Shown here: positions 1-13,500 of the stretch, piece after piece
How the letters are laid out: every line of letters begins with the position of its first letter
Numbering within the stretch: position 1 is the first letter of the stretch
DNA from: Mytilus trossulus
Lineage: Eukaryota
Direction: 5' to 3'
Assembly: GCF_036588685.1 (NCBI RefSeq)
Contig: NC_086374.1
Span: forward strand, 29,326,001 to 29,390,000
Length of the DNA: 64,000 nucleotides
The notes under the pieces: model-generated
What the model was told of the DNA's origin: nothing
The model's input: only the letters and a program-made list of their open reading frames with translations
Databases searched by the model: none
Position numbers and translations under genes: made by a program

Positions 1-29
1 CCCCCACCGCAAGTGGATAATATAGTGTA

Positions 30-770
30 AAAATATGCAAGTGTTCGGTAAACAGGAAGTTGTCGAGTGATGAATCTGAAAACGCATCACACGGTATAGC
101 TGACTTATATAAATCCTGAAACCAAATTTCAGAAATCATTGCATTGTAGTTCCTGAGAAAATGTGACGAAAATTTTCAACTTGGCTATCACGTGTAAAAT
201 CATACAAGTGTTCGGTAAACAGGAAGTTGTCAAGTGATCAATCTGAAAACGCATCACACGGTATAGCTGACTTAGATAAACCCTGAAACCAAATTTCAGA
301 AATCCTTGTATTGTGGTTCCTGAGAAAAATGTGACGAAAATTTTCAACTTGGCTATCATGTGTAAAATCATACAAGTGTTCGGTAAACAGGAAGTTGTCA
401 AGTGATCAATCTGAAAATGCATCACACAGTATAGCTGACTTAGATAAACCCTGAAACCAAATTTCAGAAATCCTTGTATTGTAGTTCCTGAGAAAAATGT
501 GATGAAAATTTTCAACTTGGCTATCATGTGTAAAATCATACAAGTGTTCGGTAAACAGGAAGTCGATGAATGATGAATCTGAAAACGCATCACACGGTAT
601 GGCTGACATATATAAATCTTGATACCAAATGATAGAATTGGTGGATGCGTAGTTCCTGAGAAAAATGTGACGAAAGTTTCATGGGAAGGACTGACTGACG
701 GACTGACGGACAGACAGAGGTAAAACAGTATACCCCCCCCACCCCACCCTTTTTTAAAGCGGGGGTATAA
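30..770. repeat. Interspersed repeat with ~4 internal tandem ~160-bp units, a GACG/GACA microsatellite and a terminal hairpin (Helentron/HINE-like architecture)
   Basis: Unit 'caagtgttcggtaaacaggaagttgtc...' recurs about every 160 bp. It ends with gacggactgacggacagacaga and the hairpin tatacccccc...gggggtata. ORFs at 129-847 are by-products of the repeat. Confidence 0.7.
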
Positions 771-1593
771 AAATTCCGCGAAACTTTTGCATAGTCTTTA
801 GCATCTAAACAATGTGACGTCATATGTATACTCTGGATGTCAAACATGATTACTAAAAGTATTTTTTACTTTTTGTACTCTTTAAAATGGTTTCAATATA
901 AACCAAAAGAAGAATTTGAGGCTCAAAAAGTACATTTTGTTTATTTTTTGAGAAATTACATACTCCAAAAAAAATCGGTGGTTTTCTTAGTTACGGACTG
1001 GAAGAATGTGAAATCTAACCCCTCAAAAAATTTATCAACGTCCAAAGAAAATTATCATTACAAACTAATTGCATTAGAACTCACAATATTTATACTCAAG
1101 TAAGATCAAATTTTAGTAAATGGCTGACCCAATTTAAATGGTTTCATTAACCAGTTGAAATGTGTATAAAGATAGAAAAGTTGTCTGATCTCTTTTTATT
1201 GGAACCAGCCAATGTTTCTCCAGATGGCAATTATTTGAGATTTTTCCATCCATAATGACATTTCAATAGAAGTTATCTTATATTAACATAACCAGATAAT
1301 CAAAATAACATCCCTATGATATTTAAAAAGTTTTTAGACTACTGTGGATACATTTATTTCCATGGGCATCAATTTTCGTTGATGGAAGAAAACTTGCATT
1401 TTTTCAGGATATTTGATTTGGTGGTTTTGCAAATATCTGCCTTACAAGCCTTTAGAAAATTTGTAATTGGTTGAACATTTGAATTCGTGTTTCACCTAAA
1501 CAGACAAAACTTGCGAAAAATAGTATCCAAAGAATAATACTGAATCCACAGTAATAAGAAGTAGACAGTAAAATAATGAAAATAAATGTTTAC

Positions 1594-4500
1594 CTTTGGT
1601 AGTGTTTCTAGAATCATGTCAACCATAGCAGCATCTTGGTAATCTTTCCAGGCATCAGCCTTCTTGGCCATCTGTTCAGCTTCAGCTTTAGCCTTGGCTT
1701 CAATGGAGTAGGCTTCAGCATCACCCCTCAACTACAATCAAATCATTTCTATCGTTTGATAAAATGTTAAACAAATGTAAAAAATAAAGTACAATACATG
1801 TATTTAATTGTCTTTTTATATTAGAAAAAAACAACATTTTCCACCCTTAAGTATTTCATGTTCTCATTTTTAAATTGGACATTTACATGGTTCCATCATA
1901 ATGCAGGAATAATTTAACAAATTACTTTCTACAATTAATCTATTCCTTGCTTTGTCATCTAAAATTTATTTGTGATGTTTTTTCATACCTAAAATTTAAA
2001 AACAAATGTTAAACGTTTATTTAAACAGCATCCAAGAAACTTAAAGTTGAAAGTAAGATACTATCTTTACTAAGGATTTATACCTTGATGGACTCTGCTT
2101 CAGCTTCTGCTTCCAGAACAATTCTCTTTCTGTAATATAGAACAGTTCAACATGACATAAAAAATATAGTCAATATTTTCCTATATAAACAAGACAAGAA
2201 ATAAAATTGAGAATGGAAATGGAATATGTGTCAAAGAGACAACAACCTAACCATAGAAAAAACAACAGCAGAAGGTCACCAACAGGTCTTCAATGTAGTG
2301 AGAAATTCCTGCACCCGGAGGTGTCCTTCAGCTGGCCCCTAAACAAATATATACAAGTTCAGTGATAATGAACGCCATACTTATTTCCAAATTGTACACA
2401 AGAAACTAAAATTAAAATAATACAAGACTATCAAAGGCCAGAGGCTCCTAACTTGGGAAAACAAACTAATACTTATTTCATATTGAAACTGAAATAATTT
2501 TGGCAACTGTGGTTTAGACAAAATGTTTCAGTTGTTTTTAAGACTAGTGTGAAAAACAACAAAACAACTAAAAAGTAATTTTTGTGATTTGCTTGACATA
2601 CATTTACAAATATATATCTGATAATTAGAACAAATTGATTCTCTGTATGCTTACTTTTCACACTGAATTTAAACTTTAATCAAAGTGTTTATGAGCACTG
2701 AAGGTTAAAGATTCCTTGATTTTGCAATATGAACTTAAATTTAAACATTGAATTGCAATGGAAAACATTAAGGTAATATTTTTTATTTAAATTTTCTTCC
2801 TTTTTCATCATTGTAGTCGACTGATAATGGTTTGGATTGCTTTTCATGCAAACTTAACCAAAACAAATTCTGTATGTCTTACCTGTTAGCCTCAGCAATT
2901 TTTTCCAGTCTAAATTTCTCTGCTTCAGCTGGTTTACGGATTTGAGCTTCAAGTTCACGTTCACGTCTGGTGATTTCCTGCTCTTGTAATTGAATCTGTT
3001 GTGACCTTTCAATGACCTTGATTTGCATCTGTTCTTCTTTGATGGCCTGTTTGGTTTTGGCAGCCTTTTGATAATAAATAGAAATGACAATAAGATGTTT
3101 GAAATGACACTTGTTACACTTTCTTTGGTTTTCATATCATTATCATTAATTTTCTTCATTGGACTGTATGAAGACATATTGCAGTGTTTCATAGAATAAA
3201 TTTTCAACAGAATAATGTTTTATGTTTTACAAAAATATTCATAGATTTAATTTAACAAATGAATAAAAATAACCTGTAAGTCATAAGCTAGTTCTGAAGT
3301 TGCAGCTTTTGTTTGGATTTCCAGGTCATAATGTGCCTTCTTCAACTCGAAATCTCTCTGGGCCTTTGCAATTTCTACATCATTAGCATAACGAGCAGTC
3401 ATTCTTGCCTCTTCTGCAATGGCTTCCTGTTTTAAAATGTATCATAAATTAATGATATGCAAACATTAAATTCTTTATTCAAGATTGCAATAATTATTAT
3501 CATTGTAAAAAAAATCTCATTAAAGATTATTTATCATAAACTCCGAACATCCCAACAAAAACATCAATTTGGAATACTGTAAATTTTAAGGTAAAGAATG
3601 TTATAAAGAAATATTTCATTATTGCTATCAGGCAAAACAATTAAGATATATTGGACCATACATTTTGCCATATGCACAAGTATACAGAGACATATGTTAT
3701 AATTTGGATGTATGGAGCTAAAATAAATGGGGATCTATCTCCCTCTCCTTATATTCCCAATCCAGATCCTTAAATCATTATAATAGAAACCTCGTTTCTT
3801 CACCTGCATTGTTCCTGTTGTACTGCTTTGTTGTAGTTTGATTTATTTTTAGTACTTTGACCTGTAGGGATTTTCCTTTTTGTCCTAACAAACAATTTGC
3901 TTTTTAAAAATTTGTTTTACAAGATAATAGCAGCAAGATAGTAAGTCATATCTTTCAACATATGTATATTGTTCATATTTGATGCATTTGTGTATAAAAC
4001 CAATACACCTCACAAAAACTACCTGAATCTTAAGTTAAACATTGATAAATTAACCTAGAAATTACGGTCAAGCAACTTTTTTGTTCTAATTCCCATCTTA
4101 GAATGATCATGGTGAAGTTTTATGTAGATCTACAATGTATCATCATCCAGACTGCCTTACTAATGACCTATATTTGCTTTTACATATATGTATCAAAACA
4201 TTTAATAGTATTACATAATATATCAAATCTATAGGGAAATCAATCAAAATTGGAAAATTAATTATTCATATATTTGAAGACATATTATACATGTTGGAGA
4301 TATCAACAAACCATTTGTTTCTACAAACATATCTCATATTGACATTAGAAACATAAATCAATAGAAATTAATGCATGAACAATTAGACATTCCTATGAGA
4401 ATAAAAGCCATGCTTATAGAACTAGACTGATATTGATCTGATCAGAAATTTACATGAAAACTACAACAGTATTTATATTCAGAGCAAAATAGATAACCAA

Positions 4501-7500
4501 ATAAAGCTGTTTCAATCATACAACAGAAATCATATACATTTTTTTTCAGTATGCAAATAAACAACCAGTTATGTCTTTTTATTATTTCAGTTTGAGTGTG
4601 ATTGTGAATTCAGTCAGTGCAAATATTAAATTGGACCTTAGTATATATGCTTAGCAATCATGACAAAACTATCAACAGTCAGTAGCATTAGGAAAGGAAG
4701 CAAATAAAAAACTGTCAGAATTGAATACTTTTGAAATTGTTTTGTGAAAAAATAAGTTCTCATTTAAAACTATGTTATTTATAAATCAATAATAATCAAT
4801 TAGCTAGATTTTGATATTTATTCAGTCCTTTCAATTTAACTTAATTTTTTTCATAGAACTAGTATATCATTGGTAAAGATTTATTACTAGCAAATTTTCA
4901 TTATTATATACATCCTTATTGATTTGAAAAACATTTAGCACCTTATTTAGCAGTGTTTCACATCATGAAAACAGAATATTACTAAACAGGGGAGGTCTTT
5001 ATTATCTGCCTATGTACTGGTACATAAAAACCATTAATTCTATTCATAGTTTGGCATGCAAGCAAATTTCCCCCCTTTACATGTCATAACATTTTTTTAC
5101 TTGCAATTTCTAATGGTTGTACAGTCGATTCCACTTAATTGCATACCACTTAATAGCATAATTCGGTTAATTGCATAGTATTCTCCTGCACAAAACCATT
5201 TCCCATTCGTCCGGTTATATGCATAGCTCTACAAGTGGCCTTTCGGTTTATTGCATAGAAAATTATTGCCGTCTAGATATGCTTAGTTAAAACTGACGAG
5301 ATTTTTGACCGGAAACGGCAATTTGGTAAGTATAATTTGCTTGAATGCATCCTTATTTTCGTTATCATTACATATTTACTTTTGTGTTTTTCAAATAAAG
5401 TTTTAAAACAGTTTCTTTCGTGTTTATATTATGGAATTTGGTTTAAAAATAAACCTTGATGTCTACACAGGTAAAGTTTCCCATGTTCTATTTTAAGCCT
5501 CGAGGTCATAAAAATGTCAAACAGATAATTGTTGTAAAAACACTGACCATTCTATCTCAAACTTGAAAGGGTGTTAATAATTGATTGGATTGAAACAATT
5601 GTCCATAGATTACATTTCAGGTTAATTTTAAAAACAATTACTCCTGCTAATTATCGATCATGACATAACCAATGTGAACTCTTGTAATAGGGCTTGTGGG
5701 ATCTGTATTAATGTTAAATATTGTAGGGCATTTATATATGGTTAAAGAATTTTTGACATCAATCATTTATTGTTGATCTTTTAGGAAAAGAGTTTTTACT
5801 TTTAATTATTATATTTTCTCACTTTCAACACTTGTGTCCGGCAAATAACCCGTACAGGGCCCCATTACTGCTGTGCATAACACCTCGTTAGTTTCGTATA
5901 TATACGAGGTGTTACTTCAATGTCCAACTGCATATTAAAAAGGCAATTCATTACACATCTATTGTTAAAATAATTAAAAACTGTGAAGTATTGTTTAAAA
6001 GTGTATTTTAATTAAAAGCATAGCAATGTACATTGTACATATGGGTCATAGAAACAAATCTATTTTTAGAAGTTTATTTTCGTATCCCAGGTAAAGGAAA
6101 GTCGGAACCCAAATAAACTAAAACAAAATGAGTTTATAATCTTTATTTAAAGAAACAAAATAAAATAACACATATGACACTAGATATATAATTTTTATTA
6201 GAATAAATCAACATTTAGTATGTTGTATGTGTATTACAAAAGTTCATCTTTCTTCATGTCCTGATCTGTCTATCGATGTTATATTGACTCTGTCATTTGG
6301 CATTTCGGATATAAGCATACTCCGCTTTATTGCATAATTTTGTCGGACAAATAGGCTATGCAAATACCCGGAATCTACTGTAGTTAAGTTTGACAATCAC
6401 TTAATTGATTGAATTCTATACTTGCAAGTATTTGAGAATCAAACTATTCTATCAGATATGACCCAGGCAGACATATCAAGGTTCTGCTCCATTTATTTTA
6501 TAGTTAGTTGGTTGTTAAAGCTGTATAAAAATCTTTATTAATTTCCAAATGAATTATTGATATTTACAGTTAATAAGGAAAATCTTTGTAAAAATTATAG
6601 ATGCATAGAAACATGAGTTTCAAACTCATTCCTCTTTAAATTAAAGTTTCCTACCCAAGGTCTTTCTGACAGACAATTACCATACCTACTTTTGTCTTAA
6701 GTGAAACAGGTAAATATATATAGGGAAACTTGCTTCTTGTAAAATCTTGCACAATATCCAAACCTACTCCTTTTTGCCAAAGAATGTGTTACTTATTATG
6801 GTGTATCCACATAAAGTTTCCAGATACCGAAAACAAGAAGTGACACGCACATGAGAGCTCAATATGCATATATCATCTATTTATAGCTACCACTAAAACA
6901 ATGTATATTGAAACTAAAGAGCTATTCTAGAGCAAATTTATAAAATTAAAATGATGATATGTGTGAGTGTATTAAGCAAGCATAGGACAACACAATGATG
7001 AATCACATGTATATAAGTATTAAATAAGAGAAATTGGAATTTCACATTCAAACATCAGTTAAGTTTAATTTACTTCACTAGTTTATCAGTTATTGTACAA
7101 TTTGGTGTGTAATTAGCTTTTAATAAAAAAAATACTTTACCAGATAGTCACATGACAAAGGATTTTCACATGATGAATTCAAATATAAAACAGGGACAGT
7201 ATGGAATGATACATAGTAAGGAGTTAAACAATGATTCATGGTATAAGGATCTAGGTTTTTAAAACAAATTGATTTATGCTATGGGGTAAAAGTAACAATT
7301 TGTTAATAATCATCATAGATCAGGTTTATAATTTAGTATGCCATACACATGTCTTGTCTACATATTAATCTATTTAATGGCACACAAAACAGGTGGAAGG
7401 CAAAATCAAAAACGTACTTGAGAAAAAAACTTTAAAAAACAAGTTAAAGCTGTGCTTAATCTGGCTAAGGCTATAAACATTGTTGTTTCAAACCAAATAA

Positions 7501-10500
7501 CTTTTATGAACAGTAAACTTAAAGAACATGACTGTGAACAATAATTTACTATATCAGTTCAGATGTGCTGACTACTAGGCTTGTGGTAATACCAAAGACA
7601 ATTGGAACACTAGCAGTGATAAGGCATAGGGGTTATAAATTGAATTGAGTAGGATAAATCAAGGACTGATACATGGATGGGGAATATTACAGCATATATT
7701 GATGCATGGTATTGGGAAGGTTTAAGCATGGAATAATACAAAGTAAAAGGAATAGCTACTGATACTTTGCATATGATTCTACATAAAGGCATTGGTTTGC
7801 ATTTAATTCTTATAACAAATCAGTTTCTTAAACAACTGGAATACTTAAAGCTTGAACAGGTCAAAAATGAATATGAATGAGTCCAACAGATGCACAGGGT
7901 CATGCATGGCAGAAAACCAAATTAAAAGAAATCTGGGACTGGCTTAAAACAAAATAACCATTTTACTGATACAAGGGGGAACTTATGACTCTTAGCATTT
8001 TAACAAAGTTTAGGTCGCTTGCAAAATATATTGATTCATTTTTTTAAATTTTGACTTGATATTTTAAATTATCTATTTTAAACAAAATTTATTACAGGAA
8101 GCACCGTTATTAAATGTTAGCAGCTTATCTGCTGAGGTTTGAATGTGATTTCCTAATAATTCCTCCCACTCACTGGAAGGTCAGCACACAACAAGATACC
8201 TTAATACCGGCATCTCTTCTGGCCTCTGCCTCACCAATACGGGCATCTCGCTTAACTTGAGCAGTACGAGCTAATCCAAGTGACTTCAAATATCCCTAAT
8301 GATAAAGGTTAGTGCTTGAGAGAACAGGGTTTATAATAAATAAATGTACAATGTATACCAGCAGCAAGCAGTGACTGCATTCTTTTGTCTGTCGTGTATA
8401 ATATTCCTGAAATAAACGTGATTTATCTACGATAAACTTCACCTTGATTCCAGCATCACGCTTGGCTTCAGCTTCACCAATTCTAGCAGCACTTTTTACT
8501 TCAGCAGTACGCTTCATACCCAAAGCATGTAGATAACCCTGAAATTTGTAATGCATTTACCAATCATTTCTCAAGTAAGATTTGAAAAATAAATTCTGAT
8601 ATGACATCTGTTAACCTGACTATCTGATAGAACCATTTCCTTTCTGATTCAGGTTGGTAAACAATGTCACTTCATGTGTAATACCAAAAAATTTTCTACA
8701 AGCTGTAAACATATAAAATGACAAAAATAATGTTCAAATGAGATTAGATTGAAGTAAACAGCATATGAATAGATCATTGCTTAGTATAACAACAGAAAAC
8801 ACACTGTAATGACTCACCAGTTTCACTGACTGGAATATTTTTTGTATATGACATATGAATAGCATATTTTTTACATTTTGCTCTAGACGAATTCCTTATT
8901 TTGGTACTGCTTTCAGTTTAAAAACAGAAGAATATTTCAATAAATCATGGGTATTGTAGACTTAATCACTTAGGTAATGAACTCATGAAAATTCCCATCT
9001 TTCTACTAATTTTTCTTCATTAATTTTTCTTAGATTTGACGTGGCTAAAATTTATCTAATTTAGGTAAAAATTGATTAAAGAAAGAAAAAATATACAGAA
9101 CATTTATATAATACATGTAGCATGAAAACTTTGAAACAAGTTTCTAAAAACTTTCAAAAAAGTGATTTACTAAATATATTTGCCTACCTCACTATCCCTG
9201 ATATCAGTAATGGTATAACTGACAACAAATATTCCCATGTTCACCAAGTCAGATGATGCCACTTCAAACACAGCCTTCGAAAACTTCTTACGATCCTTGT
9301 AGATTTCCTGATCAAAACATAACAATCATTATATATAGTTTTTGTCCCTTTGTGACATAAAACATCTATTGATAAAGGTTTCTAATGCTAAGCTCAATAT
9401 CAATAGAAATATATATATATATTGCTTGAAACAAGATTTAAATGTTTAATTTTTCCACCATATACATTCTGTACAAATGAACTTTTAGCATTGCATAAGA
9501 TTGTACTAAAAGTATTTTATCGGAACCATCGTTTACTGTTTATTCTTCTATTTAACGTTCCCTCAAATGTTCTTGTACTGAGTTTAGAAGACAGGATTGA
9601 GCCCTTACTAATTAGTTTTAACTGCAACGTATGTTCAAATGCCTGTTTGAAGTCAGAAAACCACACCAAAAAACAATTCAACTAAAGATGACATTAATAG
9701 ATTAACAGAAATGTTGTCTTCAACAACAAATAGACATCTACCGGGGGTACATTATGTCAATGACTGTTGGAAGATTACTTATTTAAATCTCAATTTCCAG
9801 GCTTTTTTCTGAAGAGAACATTTTATTTTTATGATGGCAAATGACACCAAAAATACCAATTTTATAACTACAAACAATGGTCCCGTTAGCCAATCCATTA
9901 TGTATAAGTAAGTCATGACAAAATGGGATGTATTATCATGCTTATAGTTTCAGTTTACTAATTTTACTCAGCCACATGGTAAAGTGCAATTTCAAAGTAA
10001 AAAACTAGTACAATGTATGTATAGTGTACATACTTCAACTGTCATGTTTCCCATGATAGCTCTCTGATGTCCTTCTAGTGTTTCCTGGGCAACATTTCTT
10101 ATCTGTGCTTCTGACTTCCCCAAAAACAGCTCACAAGCAGATGCTAACATGTCCTGGTTGGATCCTTGAATTTTTACCTATAATAAAAGTTTAATAAATA
10201 TAAATGACAATGCTAAGTAGCGTCATCAAATATATACAATACTTTATGTATTATGTTAACAACTCAAACTGAGAAGCTAAATTAGTCTTGAAACAATGAC
10301 ATATCTAGATATTTAAAATTACTTAGTGCTTGATCTAAATTTAGAAGTAAATGTTTAATTATGTTTTTAAAAATCTCAAAATTACAATAAAATTGTCACT
10401 TCATTTTTCAGAAAATATAAAAGGAATTATCATTTAATACTAAGAGAAATATCTTGAAACAAATTTGGAAATATAACTGCTATCTGAAATGTAAGTTGAA

Positions 10501-13500
10501 TGTAAAAAAAATTATATATATATATATAGAATATTATACATTGTTTTCTATTACAAGAAAAATTTAGTTTCATATAACTTCAACTGTTAATCTAATGTGA
10601 ATATATAAATAAATGTATTATTTGTGAACCTTAACTACAGAAAAGTGAAGATCTGCTCTATATTTACACATATTTAAGTCTGAAATAGGAAGTAATTTCA
10701 TATTTGTCAATTTTTAAGAAAATGGTCATCATCATTTTTTAAACCTATTTTCAAGATTCTATGTGTGGTGCTACCCTCAAATTAATTTATCAGAAGACTG
10801 TCTTGAATTTGACCAAAATAGGAGAAGAATTAGGTTTTAGAGAAAATCTCTTATACTGATGTTATACATACATGTACATCAGAAATAACGCAATTGGTGA
10901 AAATCTTTTTTAACTGAAACAATTAGACATCTTAATGTATAGTCTCACAAAACTTTCACAACATTTTTTAAGGTAAAAAATTTCAGTGCCAAAATTTATG
11001 AGTTAGTGAACCCACTACTTTACAATATTAAAATTTGACTTTTAAGGTGAACATGGTGAAGGTCTATTTCAACAACAATTTATACAAAATCTATTAAAAA
11101 AAAAGCAAGTATTATGCACATCTTGATAATGATGCATACATGTATAAGGATTTAACATAAAGGATTACAACCCTAGACAGGCAGAGAAGAATTGGAAAGA
11201 GAGGGTAAGTGCTAGACAGGATTTAAATTTCATAACATTTGTTAAGGTTCGTCATAACCTTTCTGCTTAAAATGGCAGAGAGATAACACCTCTACATTTT
11301 GTTCTAAATACAGCCAAACTTGTACAATTTAAAGTTTTTGGTATTATCTAAATATATGTAAGCTATGTATGCATTTTGTGTTTCAATGTTTCAGGAAGTT
11401 AATCACTTTTATTCTATTACAATTACACTGTGAATGCATTCATGTCAACCTTTAACCTTTAAGCTTGTCTGGCTTGGGCTACAATAAGATAAAAACTCAT
11501 CTGACTTATAATGTATTATTTAATCAAACTGTCCTTACCTGTGCTACGCCTTTGATAGATACAGCAACACCTTGCAGGGTGTACACGTTTGGAGAATCTA
11601 TGTGGAGGGTCATAAGATTAAGGTCAAGCCTGAAAGCAAATCAGTTTCCACCATTTCAACAGAACAGTCATTACATTATACGCTGTAGTGGTCTACCGAC
11701 ATGTATGCTTTCTTATTTATTAACATGAAGACATGTCATGTAGTTTTATTACATTTAACAAAGGGAAGACAACCCTCTACCACAGCTATATGTACATGTT
11801 TAGTGAAGACTGACGTTAATATTCATACTTACGTACATTGCAACAGTGGGTGATGGCAAGAAGTCTAGACTTGCTGATAATTACCTTCTTACTCTAAAAT
11901 CATGTGAACTGGTTTGCTGGGGAAAAACTCATGCAAAGGTGGGAACCACGCTCAAGATAGCGAAAAATGAAAACTAAACACAATATATCAGACTTCACTT
12001 CTTACCTGTGCAATTCCTTTCATATGAACTGCTACTCCTTGTAGTGTATACACATTAGGACTGTCTATCTGGAGAGTCATTAAATTAAGGCTGACTCTGA
12101 AATCACATAGCTCTCAAAATCAACAGAAAACCATGCAAGTTTCAAGTGACTTTTTATGATGTGTTGAAAATTTGCAGCAATATTCATTAAATATAGACAC
12201 ATAACAGACAGAAAAGAAGGTTTTTTTTTTATCAAAATTAAAAAAATATTGCTTTAGGGACTTAAGCAATATTACAAATCTTGAATGACCAAGTTTTAAT
12301 TCCATTTTCCATTCTCAATATTCATGATATCAAAATATTTTCGAAATTTTCAAAGCATCATTATCCCCAGGAAACATTCTATAATTCAACCAAAAACATG
12401 GTTCATCTGCAGGCGAAGGCCATGCACTACATTACCTGGGCAATACCAAGTACTGAAATAGCTACACCATGTTGTGTGTAGACATTTGAGCTCTCTATAT
12501 GGATAGTCATGGTATTCAGCGATAATCTAAAAACAAAGCAGTAATACAGCAAAGCAAGTAGCAACAAAACAAATCATTAAATGTCTACAAAGGATGCAAG
12601 GTTAAGCATGCAAAACTAGAAACACTGAGTAAGTATAGGAGGAAATTGTTGGCAAAGCAATAGTACATAATGCAATGTCTGCCAATATTGACTAGTTTAT
12701 AAAAATGTTAAAAAAACACACACGCTTATTTTAACAAAGACATGCTTAAGAACAAGTTACTGTATTTCTTTTGCTTTACCAACAAGAAAGCATAATGATA
12801 ATAGTATTGGTTAAAACAAGACATGCAAGAAGTGGTAAATTATTTCACTGTTTATGCACTTTGAAGATTTAAGTAAATGTATGTCAATTTGTACAGGGTA
12901 AAAGGTAAATGGACAATTTCTCAGTCTAAGAAATCAAAATTATACTGCTTGGGAAAAGCTCACTGAAGTGTTTGAATGTCCCCCGTATTGGATATATTTA
13001 TCAAACTATTCAAGCCATCAAGGTACCAAGGCAATTACTTAAAGTTGGTTCTAATCTTTAAAACTTTTTAAAAATATCTTACAGAAAATGAAAATGAAGG
13101 CTTCAAGGCAAATGCAATGTGATTTCCTATATAACTAATATTTCAAAGAATTGTACACATGAGAGTGCTAACAATGCAATTTTCCATATAATAATCAATA
13201 TTTCCAAGGACATAACTCATTTAAAAATAATTGATTGGCACTGATTTTATAACCAGTCCTAGACATATCTGATATAATGCTATGATATAAGTTTTAAAAA
13301 AATCTGACAAGAATTTTACATGAGAGAGCAATAACATTCCTATATCTCACAATCAAGATCATTCTTTGCAGCTGACACAGGGAGAAATATTTGTATTTGA
13401 CAGAAAGATTTGATAAAGAGACAATTGCAAAAATATAATATGAAGGGGAAATAACTAAAATCTGACACGACACAAGGAAAAGTAACTGAAAATCAGTAAA

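Noticed and set aside
129-847. ORFs of 67-154 aa with internal repeats
   Set aside because: Translations of the ~160-bp tandem repeat; no coding signal
3804-3861. Possible extra 58-nt FLOT1 cassette exon (cag...gtgaag on the minus strand)
   Set aside because: Purine-rich acceptor tract, frameshifting length, no flotillin similarity
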